From Octopus sinensis (Eukaryota), in the NCBI RefSeq assembly GCF_006345805.1, contig NC_042999.1, forward strand, positions 134,168,001 through 134,232,000: a stretch of DNA of 64,000 bases. The letters are read 5' to 3'. A program made the translations under genes and the position numbers. Below are positions 27,720 to 40,559 of this stretch, piece by piece; within the stretch, counting starts at the first letter, position 1, and every line of letters begins with the position of its first letter. Under the pieces are notes generated by a model, which ran no database searches, was not told the DNA's origin, and worked only from the letters and a program-made list of their open reading frames with translations.

Positions 27720-28275
27720 TGGAAAATCTTCTTTCTATGCTTCAATCGCTACCAAAGGAGAGTACAATACCCATGTTGTGGAAAGTCGAATACCATCTTG
27801 CTTCCTAACAAGGCTGATAAAAAAGATTTAAGATGCTATCGACCCCTATCCCTCTTGCACCACTTCTGTAAGCTGTTTACAAAAGGTCATAGCTGCCAGA
27901 CTATCGAAATATGTCAATGACCATCAGCCGAGGTAGCAAGCAGCTCTCCGTCAGACCCACGGTATGATAGATCACATTCTCTCTAATACAGCTCATAGAA
28001 CAAACGAATGAAATAGTAGTCGCTTCTGTACGTCGCTTTCGTTGTTTACAAAAAGGCTTTTGATAGTGTCGATTTGGACACAGTACTGAGATCTCCGGAA
28101 ATGCTAGGCCTCAATGCGCAATGCACCAAACTGCTGAGGGATTCAAACTTTGGGATGCACCACGAATATTGCTCTGCTATCGCCCTCAGTAAGACTTCCA
28201 TATAGGAAGGGCATCAAGCAAGAAGATACCATCTCTTCAAAGCTTTTCACCACACGCCCAGAAATGGTCATTAGT
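27720..28275 (+). pseudogene. RTE-clade LINE RT fragment
   Basis: KSNTILLPNKADKKDLRCYRPLSLL..KLFTK, AFVVYKKAFDSVD, KGIKQEDTISSKLFT; frameshifted. Confidence 0.85.
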
Positions 28276-28489
28276 TCTGTAGCTCAATATCATAAGAAAC
28301 GAAGTGGAGACTCTAGGGGTTATCGCTGTTCTGGAGGGAGAGTATTGGGAAGGAGTTTCTTGCTGTTTTATTCTGGAAGATAAAATGCATGGAGGATTAA
28401 AAGAAGAGAAACAAGTGGATCAGGTAGACCTGTTTTGGAGAAGTATAATATATATCAGTCTAGTAGCGGCACTTTTAGTCATATATGGG

Positions 28490-28900
28490 GCACCATAACC
28501 CACTCTAACAAAGAGGGTGTAGAAGGTTGGTCCGGGATTTTTTGAAGAAATTTGTCCAGTGAACATTTGAATTTTATGGGATCCGTTTCCGTTTTGACGT
28601 ATTTTTGTAGTAGGCGGATAGCACGGGGGCCAAGTCTTAGATGGATTTTAAAATTGATGCCAACATTATTTGTGCAATATTGATGCAATATTTTCGATAT
28701 AACACAAATCATGTAGCGCTCCCGGCGGCTTTGGAGAGAGTAGAGATCGAGTTTTTGTAGTCGACCCCAATAATCAATGCCTCTCGTGCCGTCTATCTTT
28801 CTTGTTATGGACCTCTAGAGTGCTTCTACTTTCATAATGAGTTGCTTCGTATGGGGTAACAGTACTCAAGGTGGGGTCGGGCAAAAGTAGTGTAGAGAAA
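28490..28900 (-). pseudogene. CR1/L2-type LINE 3' fragment
   Basis: FARPHLEYC..YWGRLQKLDLYSLQSRRERYMI..FKCSLDKFLQKIPDQP. Confidence 0.8.
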
Positions 28901-28988
28901 GATGATGGTGTAGGCAACTCTAGACAGGTGGTGTTATTGAGTTAGACATGGCCTGGGCCTATACTGGCCGAAATCTATCAAAGTTATC

Positions 28989-29067
<79 letters not shown>

Positions 29068-29777
29068 TATATTTGATATATATATATATATACATACATA
29101 CATAAATACATACACCACGGCGATCTTCTTTCAGTTTCCATCTACCAAATCCACTCACAAAGCTTTAGTCAGCCAGAGGCTAGAGTGGCAGACACTTGCC
29201 CAAGGCACCACGCAGTGGGACAGAACCCGGGACCATGTGGGTGGGTCGCAAATTTTTTGCTACAAAGCTACGCCTGCGCCTGTACGAAATATAATAATAT
29301 AAAATTGCCAGAAAGAAGAAAGTCTATTATGGACTCTCTCGTCAAAAATGATGCGTTTTGGTATTGTTAAATACTATCAGATAGCTAGATCTGATTGAGA
29401 AGTTACGCAGGAAGGAGCTGTTTAATGGAAGATATGGTTATTTGCAAGATGTTGATTGGACGCAATGAAAGAACGACGGTTATCAGTTAAGAAAATATAA
29501 AGTGTATGATAAATAACAAGATTTGAAATGACATTTGAATTAGTAGGTTGAGTTTCTGAGTGAGTTTTTTTTTTAGTATCTCTTTCTGTTTTTTCTTCTT
29601 GTTCTTTTGTTATGTTTTTCAACACGTGTGTATAAAGACCCATGGTAGAATTTGATATCTATGATAACAGATACGGTCGTATTTCACTTGAACGTATTGA
29701 CAACCTTTTTTACTTGATGTTGTTCATATTTGTATGAATTTGTATTTAGGGCTTTCTCCCTCCCTCCCTTTGTCTCC

Positions 29778-29840
<63 letters not shown>

Positions 29841-30015
29841 CCACTATCACTATTTCTATATCTCTATCTTTCTCTCTTTCTCTCTCTCCCTATACACACA
29901 CAGTCATATATACACGTGTGTATATTCATATGTGTGTCTGTGTGCGTGTGTGCATGCGTGTGAGCGTCCGTGTGCGTGCGTGTGTGCGTGTGTGTGTGTG
30001 TGTGTGTGTGCGTGC

Positions 30016-30083
<68 letters not shown>

Positions 30084-32511
30084 TGTGTGTTTGTCGTTCT
30101 ACTAGTGAGACACGGAGATGGATATGTTTTCGCCAAATTACTCTTATGCTCGAGTCCATCTGCTGCTAACTTAGGGGAAAATATGTTAATAAATCTTGAT
30201 ATATGAAACTTAAAATGACGACCATGGGGACTGGTAAGTGTTCGCAATCGGTGAAAAGATAATGATTTATATTTGTTTTCATTGCTATGGGTATAGTGGA
30301 GAGTAAAATGATAGGTTTGATGTCTTTAAAGGTCACACATTTCAAAAAGGTCATTGTTTGTATAGATTGGACAAATTTGTTCGCTTACATGTAGTTAACA
30401 GCAGTTTACAAAACAGGAAATATCAGTAGAACCATTTGAATATTTCAATGGTGTCGTCAAGAAATGTGGCAAATTTCCTTAATGGACTTAGAAAGAAGAT
30501 AAAAAAGATAATTCAACTCTGAAACGGAAATATAAACTAAACAGATTTGTGTTCAATAGAATGGCTGAGCAAAAGATATCCTTCTCAAGAGAAGCTACTG
30601 AAGTTTGTTATAACCTGTTTAATTAACCAGAAACTCTAGTAGTAAATTATTGGGTGGATGGAGTAGTTTGGGTATTACACTGTGTTACAAATATTTTTTT
30701 TTCTTTTGGTCAGTAGGTGTTATTTCTTCTTTGCTTCTATCTAGGAATCAGATGCAATGACTATTATTCTCTTCAAACTTTGCTTTTCGGACCTAGACAT
30801 CAGTGTTTTGAAACTGACCTATTTTCCATTACATTTCAGAGAGATTCAGCGCTGAGTTGCTGAAGCTGAAATATCGTTGTAGTAAATATTCTGCTTAATA
30901 CCACAGATTTACTTGTCAGTTGCTTGACTTTAATCACTTGAGCGTGTCCCTTAATGGCTGACAATATGTGTATCCCTAATCATGAGCAAGAGTAGTGGAA
31001 GAGCTTCATAGGAATGTGTTGAGAGGGATTCTTTGGGGTTTGAATGTAATAATAACAAAAGCAATGTTCGAAGGAAATAACCATTTTTCATACTTTATAG
31101 AGGTAAGCAAATAGGAAATAACAGTTACTACTCAAGGACAAAAATCATGTTACACAGCGTTATTGCTAATGCGTAACTGCATCATCGTCCCATAGTTGAA
31201 TTTAAATCAGTCCTCATCCAATAGATATTTGACCAAAGGCGTTCCAACCGTAGCCATCTTATCTCAAGTTTAGAAATAATGTATTTAGGACTACATTATT
31301 AATTATTTCCTTCTATTTTTAAGACGATAGGACTTACTATTCGTTGAATTAATGTAGAAATGGCTGTGTATGTCATAGGATCGTTCAGTCTTAACCTACT
31401 TTTCATGGCGTGTGATATATTGTATGACAAGACAGGACCTTTAAATCACACATACAATCTACCAGGCGAGCTTCCACACAGTTTCCATTTACACACTACC
31501 ATTTGTAATTCTTGTGTTAACCCAACAGTAATGATAAAAGACATGTGCCACGCAATGCGATCGAACATTTCATTCTATTTTTAAAAGGATGGGACGTGAT
31601 TCGAGACGTGTTTTCCTCAAACCAGGTAGCGGTAGATCTATATTCTATATGTACGAACATATACACACTATCACTGTCTCTAGCACATATTTATACGCGT
31701 ACAGACAAACATGTACACACACACACCGGTGTGTGTTTTTGTTGAGTGGGTGGATGTGTATATATGTAAGCATATATTTATGTATGTGTATATAATTATG
31801 TATGGAGTACTGCCAGTTTCATAACGTTATGCAATAGCTTTTCGCCAATACCGTCATTTCGTATTTTATGTACGACCGAAAACGAGGTTGATATATGAGT
31901 GGTTGGAAGTTATCTCTCCCTTCACTAGTTTTGAGGTATCTGGTATATTTTATGTCAAAGTATGGAGGCCGCCTTGTGTAGTGAATAAGTGTACTACTTT
32001 CGAATACAACAAAGATACTCAGGTATACACTCGCATACATAAGGATTTATGTGGATATCAGTATTTTTTACTCTGCATATTTTTGCTAATTACTATGATA
32101 TGGCATTGTATTGGTTGTAAATAATATTGTCATAAATTATACGGTCTCGGCTATTGTTATCATAATGGTACTTATATAAATTGTATTGTGATCAACCGTA
32201 TCAGTTTGTATATAATTCTTTTGTCATACAAAACTATCCTCATAAATTGTATCGAAATAAATAGTATCTTTGTAATTTTTCTGGTTTTATTTTTCCTTGT
32301 TTTTTTTGGGTTTTTTTTTCAGTCATTAAACTGCGGCCATGCTGGCGCACAGTCTTGAAGAATTTAATTCGACCAAATCGACTCTAGTACTTTCTTTTCT
32401 AAGCCCAGTGCTATCGGTCGCTTTTGCTGAACCGATAGGCTACGAGCTCGTAACCACACCAACATCGGTTTCCAAGCGGTGGTAGGGAAAAATACAGACA
32501 CATAAACACAT

Positions 32512-32559
<48 letters not shown>

Positions 32560-32902
32560 TTTATCTTTTTTTTACGTATTTCAGGCATTAAGTTGCGGCC
32601 ATGCGGAGATACCGGCCTGAAGAATTTATAGTCGAATGATTCGACCTAAGCACTTTCTTTTTAGTTAAGCTTGGTACTTGTTCTCTTTTGCCGAACCGTT
32701 GAGTTACTGGGACATAAAAATACCAACGCCAGTTGTCAAGCGGTGGTGGAGGACAAAAACAAACACACACACGCACACATATATAAATGTATGTATATAC
32801 ACGAGTAAGTACATGAATGCAAACAAAGTGGAAAAAAATAGTACACGAATACCGACGAACGAGAAAGTGAAACTTTAATAAAAAGGTATATATATATATA
32901 TA

Positions 32903-33165
32903 TTGTTGTTTGTTCCTTCTCGAGCCACGTCTGGCTCATAGGGTCGATTTCCCGGTTTCCTTGGCGGTCCGTCGCAGGTGAGCTGCAAGATGCAGGAGGA
33001 AAGAGTGAGAGAAAGAGTCAACAGAAGTTCGGCGTTACTTCCTGCTGGAGCCGCGTGGAGCTTAGGCGTTTCGCTCATAAACACACACATCGCCCGGTCT
33101 GGGATTCGAACCCGCGATCCCTCGATCGCGAGTCCGCTGATCTAACCGCTAGGCCATGTGCCTCC
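32903..33165 (-). mobile_element. tRNA-derived SINE, family C head
   Basis: Minus strand ggaggcacatggcctagcggttagatcagcggactcg..gggttcgaatcccagaccggg; tail aaaccgggaaatcgaccctatgagcc..(ACA)n. Confidence 0.85.
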
Positions 33166-33202
33166 TTCTCTCTCTCTCTCACTTTCTCTCTCTTTCTCTC
33201 TC

Positions 33203-33235
<33 letters not shown>

Positions 33236-33865
33236 GTATATATATATATATATACACCACACACACACACACACACACACGAAATTCTCTCACAAGGCTC
33301 TCGTTGTACCGAGGTTAGAGATCCAAGGTGCCACGTAGTAGATAGAACTAAACATAGAGCCACGTGGTTGGGAAGCAAACTAATTCCCACACACCCGGCC
33401 TGTGCCTAAGTATATTTTTGATAAATCGTTTTGTCATAAGTAAATAGTGGGTCCACATCGATTTCACCGATAGGCGTTGAGTTTTTTTTTTTCTTACTTA
33501 ACTGAACTAACAACTCGTTGAATTAATGTAGAAACCTAATTTTCATGGGGTGTGACTCATAGTGTAATAAGACAGTTCCTTTAAATTACAAATACAGCCT
33601 ATCCGTTAGATTCTACACAGTTTCCATCTACATACTGCCATTTGTAATTCTTGTGTTAATCCAACAGTAATGATAAAAGACATATGCCACGCAATGTGAC
33701 CGAACATGGGATCTCATGATTATCGATCAAACTTCTCAACTATTAGACCAGGTTTCGTCTATATTGTCATATATATTTTCTTATTTATTTTACGTCTTGC
33801 GGTTATTGGACAACGGTAGTCATTCGGTGGTAGGGGTCAAATACAAAGATACTCACAAATGACAC

Positions 33866-33947
<82 letters not shown>

Positions 33948-34098
33948 CGTAAGGGTATTAGCCATTGGGGTGGGGTGGGGTGTTACTGATGCTTTTAGCC
34001 CCAGGCGATCAACGTCACCAGAAGGACTTTAGACACTATCTCAGTGCCCTTGTGTTATTTGCAAAGGGAGGTCATCCTTCCTCGAAGACCGAGTACTA

Positions 34099-34143
34099 CA
34101 TACGGACTATAGTTTCAAGGTAATTGCCTCTCGTCAACGCATG
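34099..34143 (-). ncRNA. Type I hammerhead ribozyme (U3 variant), GUC site
   Basis: Reverse complement is identical to 34334-34378. Confidence 0.75.
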
Positions 34144-34333
34144 GTAAGTACCGGTCTTCGATGAAGGAGTCCCCTTGCAAATAATATATAACGTTTTTCA
34201 CAGTAACCACTGTCACTGATGTAGAAAAACTGTCTGAAAACAATAATAAATCTCTGAACGAGATATAAACAGTAACAGTAAAACGTTATATATTATTTGC
34301 AAGGGGACTCCTTCATCGAAGACCGGTGCTTAC

Positions 34334-34378
34334 CATGCGTTGACGAGAGGCAATTACCTTGAAACTATAGTCCGTATG
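34334..34378 (+). ncRNA. Type I hammerhead ribozyme (U3 variant), predicted cleavage after C34372
   Basis: CAUGCG UUGACGA GAGG caauua CCUU GAA ACUAUAGU C CGUAUG: 6-bp stem I, 4-bp stem II with 6-nt loop, palindromic helix III, GUC triplet. Confidence 0.78.
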
Positions 34379-34593
34379 TAGTACTCGGGTCTTCGAGGGA
34401 GGATGACCTCCCTTTGCAAATAACACAAGGGCACTGAGATAGTGTCTAAAGTCCTTCTGGTGACGTTGATCGCCTGGGGCTAAAAGCATCAGTAACACCC
34501 CACCCCACCCCAGTGGCTAGCCACATTCAGATGGCTAATACCCCTTACGTTGTCGAGCGGTTACTGTTTATATCTCGTTCAGAGATTTATTAT

Positions 34594-34658
<65 letters not shown>

Positions 34659-35286
34659 AGAGAGAGACACACACTCACACACACACACACACACACACAC
34701 GAAATTCTCTCACAAGGCTCTCGTTGTACCGAGGTTAGAGATCCAAGGTGCCACGTAGTAGATAGAACTAAACATAGAGCCACGTGGTTGGGAAGCAAAC
34801 TAATTCCCACACACCCGGCCTGTGCCTAAGTATATTTTTGATAAATCGTTTTGTCATAAGTAAATAGTGGGTCCACATCGATTTCACCGATAGGCGTTGA
34901 GTTTTTTTTTTTCTTACTTAACTGAACTAACAACTCGTTGAATTAATGTAGAAACCTAATTTTCATGGGGTGTGACTCATAGTGTAATAAGACAGTTCCT
35001 TTAAATTACAAATACAGCCTATCCGTTAGATTCTACACAGTTTCCATCTACATACTGCCATTTGTAATTCTTGTGTTAATCCAACAGTAATGATAAAAGA
35101 CATATGCCACGCAATGTGACCGAACATGGGATCTCATGATTATCGATCAAACTTCTCAACTATTAGACCAGGTTTCGTCTATATTGTCATATATATTTTC
35201 TTTATTTATTTTACGTCTTGCGGTTATTGGACAACGGTAGTCATTCGGTGGTAGGGGTCAAATACAAAGATACTCACAAATGACAC

Positions 35287-35366
<80 letters not shown>

Positions 35367-35368
<2 letters not shown>

Positions 35369-36015
35369 CGTAAGGGTATTAGCCATTGGGGTGGGGTGGG
35401 GTGTTACTGATGCTTTTAGCCCCAGGCGATCAACGTCACCAGAAGGACTTTAGACACTATCTCAGTGCCCTTGTGTTATTTGCAAAGGGAGGTCATCCTT
35501 CCTCGAAGACCCGAGTACTACATACGGACTATAGTTTCAAGGTAATTGCCTCTCGTCAACGCATGGTAAGTACCGGTCTTCGATGAAGGAGTCCCCTTGC
35601 AAATAATATATAACGTTTTTCACAGTAACCACTGTCACTGATGTAGAAAAACTGTCTGAAAACAATAATAAATCTCTGAACGAGATATAAACAGTAACAG
35701 TAAAACGTTATATATTATTTGCAAGGGGACTCCTTCATCGAAGACCGGTGCTTACCATGCGTTGACGAGAGGCAATTACCTTGAAACTATAGTCCGTATG
35801 TAGTACTCGGGTCTTCGAGGGAGGATGACCTCCCTTTGCAAATAACACAAGGGCACTGAGATAGTGTCTAAAGTCCTTCTGGTGACGTTGATCGCCTGGG
35901 GCTAAAAGCATCAGTAACACCCCACCCCACCCCAGTGGCTAGCCACATTCAGATGGCTAATACCCCTTACGTTGTCGAGCGGTTACTGTTTATATCTCGT
36001 TCAGAGATTTATTAT

Positions 36016-36021
<6 letters not shown>
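35367..36021. mobile_element. Fold-back hammerhead-carrying mini-element, copy 2 (HHRs at 35521-35565 minus and 35756-35800 plus)
   Basis: Near-identical to 33946-34599. Confidence 0.8.
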
Positions 36022-36063
<42 letters not shown>

Positions 36064-36734
36064 TATATAGTGATAAAGAGAGAGACACACACTCACACAC
36101 ACACACACACACGGCGAGTTCCTTTCAGTTTCCATCTATCAAACGCATTCACAAGGCATTGATCTGCTCGGGGCTGTAGTAAAATATTCTTGCCCAGAGT
36201 GCTACGTAATAGGACTGAACCTAAAACTACATAGTTGAGGAGAATGCTTCTAACCACACAACCACGCCTATAGGTTTGTGACTGTGATGGATCTTCTTGA
36301 TATAAATACATATTTTGTAAAGAGCTTTGTCCATAAGGACTATTTGCATAAATCATATTGTGATAATTAAGATTGTCAAAAGCTCGAAACTTCACACGTC
36401 TAACTCCACTAAGCAAATAAATTTGCTGACAACGGCAAATTCTCAAAGATCCTGCTGTCAGAGACTACCATAATAGTAGTAGCAATAGCAACAGCAACAG
36501 CAAGAGCAGCAGTAGCAGCGCATGAGTTGGGTGAATTGGGAGCACGCCGGGCAAAATGCTTAACAGCATTTCGCTCTTCATTACGTTCTGTGTTCAAATT
36601 CTGCCGGAAGTTAACTTTGCCTTTCATTCGTTTCGGGGTCGATAAAATAAGAACTACTTGATCATCTGCATCGATGTAATCGACTTGCCCACTCCTTCGA
36701 AATTGCTAGCCTTGTGCCAAAATTTAAAATTATT

Positions 36735-37805
36735 ATTATTATTGAGTGAGAGAGCAGTGCATGCCATCAAAGTGACACTTCGTAAAATATACGAAGCCCA
36801 GTTTATCCATCATGACTACTCGTCCGATAAGAGTATACCAGGCACATGCATTACAACCATATGTGCGCGACATGGTGATCTCATATCAAGATTAATGACA
36901 TATTACGTTGCAGGTGGGGCCCAGTTAGAATTTTCTTCAGGTCAAATAGCCAATCCTACTCAAATAGTCCTTGAATAAGGGTTGTTTAAGGATGTTGAAA
37001 AAAGACCCATACTTCCAGACGTGAATTATTCAAACTCCAAAGAGTTCCTCTTAACACATGGGTATGATGCCACCACTCTGCTTCTGATCAGAGATGCACA
37101 TTTCGTCAGCCACCAAAGGACATGCTCAACTGGTTAAGGTCAAACAACTGACAAGCAAATCTGTGGTATTGAGTAGAGTGTTAGGGGTCGATGTAACTGC
37201 CTATCCCTCTCTTCCAAATTTCAGGCCTTGTGCCGATATTAGAAAGGACTATTATTATTATTATTCGTTCTTTTATGCCATTAAAGTGACACTGGGGTGA
37301 AATATACGAAGCCCAGTATACCCATCATGACTACCCGTCTGAGAAGGGTACACCAGAGATATGCATCACAACCATATGTGTGCGACATTGGGATCTCATA
37401 TCAAGAAAAACAGCACATGACCTTGCAGGTGGGGGCCCAGTTAGAATTTTCTTCAGTTCGAGTATCCCATCCCGCTCAAAAGATCCTTGAATAACGGTTG
37501 TTTAAGGATGTTGAACAAAACACTCGTGTTTCCAAAGGTGAATTATCCAAACCCCAAAGAATTCCTCTCAACACATGGCTATGATGCACATCCACTACTT
37601 CTGCTCATGATCAGAGATGCACATATCATCAACCACTAAGGGACATGCTCAAGCAACTGACAAGCAAATCTGTGGTATTGAGCAGAATATTTGCTGTAGC
37701 CCATCTTTTAAACCAAGACAAAACAATGTACATGATGACACTTCCAATCCGTTAAGATCAGAAGCCATGGAAGCCAATGCCTGGTAGTGCATCAGGGCAT
37801 TTATT
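36735..37805 (-). mobile_element. Two adjacent copies of a long non-coding interspersed repeat bounded by (AAT)n
   Basis: ccatcaaagtgacact..aatatacgaagcccagt..gttagaattttcttcag..acaagcaaatctgtggtattgag repeated at ~36760 and ~37280; partial opposite-strand copy at ~30780-31050. Confidence 0.7.
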
Positions 37806-38086
37806 ATTATTATTATTGTTATTATTATTATTATTATTGTTGTTGTTGTTGTTGTCAGTAGTTAAGGCGACGAGTCGGCAGAATAGTTAGCACGTTGCAC
37901 GAAATGCTTAGCGGTATTACGCCCGTCGCTACGTTGTGAGTTCAAATTCCGTCGTGACTTTGCTTTCCATCCTTTCGGAGTCGATAATTTAAGTACCAGT
38001 GAATCACTTGGGTCGATGTAACCGACTAGTTTCCTCCCCTCCAGAAAATCAGGCCTTGTGCCTTTAGAAGAAAGGATTATTATTAT

Positions 38087-38178
<92 letters not shown>

Positions 38179-38520
38179 AAATAATTAAGCGAAGAAAAGC
38201 AAAAATGATGATGACGACGACGATGAGGAGGAGACCAGGAAGATTTTAAGGAAGGGGAGGACAACGACGGCGACAAAGACCACCACCACCACCACCACAA
38301 CAACAATAATGACATCGAAGGGCTCGATGGAAGACTCTGATATCATAGTAGTGACAATAAATAGTTTCAGGAAACGATGACACGATATGCTGACACGAAA
38401 TGAAGAAGAAATCAGACCACAATAGTCAAGTAAAAGAAAAGAAAGCAAAAAAAAAAAAAAAAATTTACAGTAAGTTAAATTAGAACGTTTGAAATGTTGA
38501 CCTCAATCTGTGAAGAGAGG

Positions 38521-38569
<49 letters not shown>

Positions 38570-38938
38570 TAGCGTTGTGCTTGCAACAAAGAGGGCGTGG
38601 TACTTGTCTAATAAAACATATAAGGGATGGGTGGAAGGTTAAACCGTTCTCAAGCTCCTCTTAAAGACAAAAGAACATGTTATTGTCGACTCGGCAATCA
38701 AAAAGGCTGACTATTATAAACAACGCCATTGTCTTTTTCTGATTTTGTTTAAAAAAACATCATTAAAACGAAATGTAAAAATAAAAAAAACAACATACGT
38801 ATGTGTTTGTGAGTGTTTTGTGTGTGTGTGTCTGCATGTGTGTGTGTGTTTCTTGACTCCAGTTGTGTATATATATATATATATTATATATTATATATAT
38901 ATATATATACATATATGATTCTTGGTTCTAGTTATATA

Positions 38939-38989
<51 letters not shown>

Positions 38990-39006
38990 TGATTCTTGGT
39001 TCTAGT

Positions 39007-39075
<69 letters not shown>

Positions 39076-39743
39076 CATGTATATATATATATACATATAT
39101 ATATATACATTTATATATATATATATACATATATATATATACATTTATATATGTATGCGTATGTGTATATATATGTATGTAATTATATGTATGCATGTAT
39201 GTGTACATGCATCCATGTATGTATGTGGGTATATATGTATATATGTATGTATGAATGTATGTATAGCAATAACTAGAGCCAAGATTCATAAATAAAAATT
39301 TCCCCAAATTACCGGGGCAAGTAACTAAATCAATAAATAAGGGAGTAGAAGGGTATAGAAATAGAGATATGAAACAAGTCGGCAGTGTTTTATTGATAAT
39401 AACTTCCGGTTAAGTCAGCAACAGCGTCCGCTATATTACAAGGGAAAAAAGAGACAAGAGTAATTTGATATCTCCCTTTGATATTGTGGTTTATTGCAGT
39501 TGACTGACATTGTCATCACTTGAATTGGAAACAAATGCGACAGGATGGTTGGCTGCCTACCCCGTTTGGAACATTAAAACTGACGCGTATTAAAGTGCAA
39601 GCATCTCGCATGACTGTGCGGGTATATAATAGATGCGTACATGCGTACGTACGTACATAAATGCATACGTACATACATTCATGCATACAAGCATAGATAC
39701 ATATATGCATACACATATGCATATCTATTTATCATATATATAT

Positions 39744-39809
<66 letters not shown>

Positions 39810-40559
39810 GAGCATATTGGCAGGCAGGTTGAGATGAGGGCAGTAACTATATTTGATCGAGGATCTACTTGATGAAGGGGTGCTAACATTTATACAGTGT
39901 GCATACACAGCTCCAGGCATATAAATCTTCACACACACACGCACACACACACACATACACACAGACACACACACAGACACACACACACACACACACCTTA
40001 AGAGACATGTCTACAAATGTATACATCGCATAGTCAGTACTGAAGGCGGTGATACAAAAATAATTTTCTGTAACTAAACACCTTTAAACTTCGTATACTG
40101 GTTGAATGCGTCACATAAAACATCTCTTACTCTTGGCGTTGTAGAGAAAATTCTGTGTTTTGGAAGTTATTTTTTGTTAAAGTTGTCGTATTTTGGTAAT
40201 TTCAACCAATCAATGACGTGTATTCAGCTGAATAAAACTACTGCAGTTGTTTGTCAACAACTTCCGGCGGTGTATATTTCATTTGTTACTGTTATTCAGT
40301 TGAATAAAATAACTGAAGAAAATAATGCGGGAGTGCTAAAATAGTAGTAGGGTGTTAAATGGTCAAGTGCCCCGAAAGTGACTTGTGGATGGTAGTAGTG
40401 ATTGAATTCTCGAGATATCTCTTTTGAATGTATTGTTTATTCTAAACAGCAGTAGGAAGGAAGTGGCAGAGAGGAAGAAGACGAAGAAGGAGACAGAATG
40501 ATAAGAGAATGCAGGATGGTAGGATAGTAGTAGGATGTTAAATTGTCAAGTGAGCTAAA

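Larger units (their letters stand above)
33946..34599. mobile_element. Fold-back hammerhead-carrying mini-element, copy 1 (retrozyme-like or Penelope-derived)
   Basis: Inverted arms 33946-34197 / 34280-34551, 82-bp spacer, 40-bp inverted tail 34560-34599, (TA)n on both sides, no credible ORF. Confidence 0.8.
33281..36110. repeat. ~1420-bp near-identical tandem duplication with breakpoints in (CA)n
   Basis: gaaattctctcacaaggctc at 33281 and 34701; the units differ mainly in microsatellite length and single-base indels. Confidence 0.93.

Noticed and set aside
33953-33985. G-quadruplex-compatible runs ggg..gggg-t-gggg-t-gggg
   Set aside because: Antisense to the arm's ribozyme strand and common in this genome; no independent support for function.
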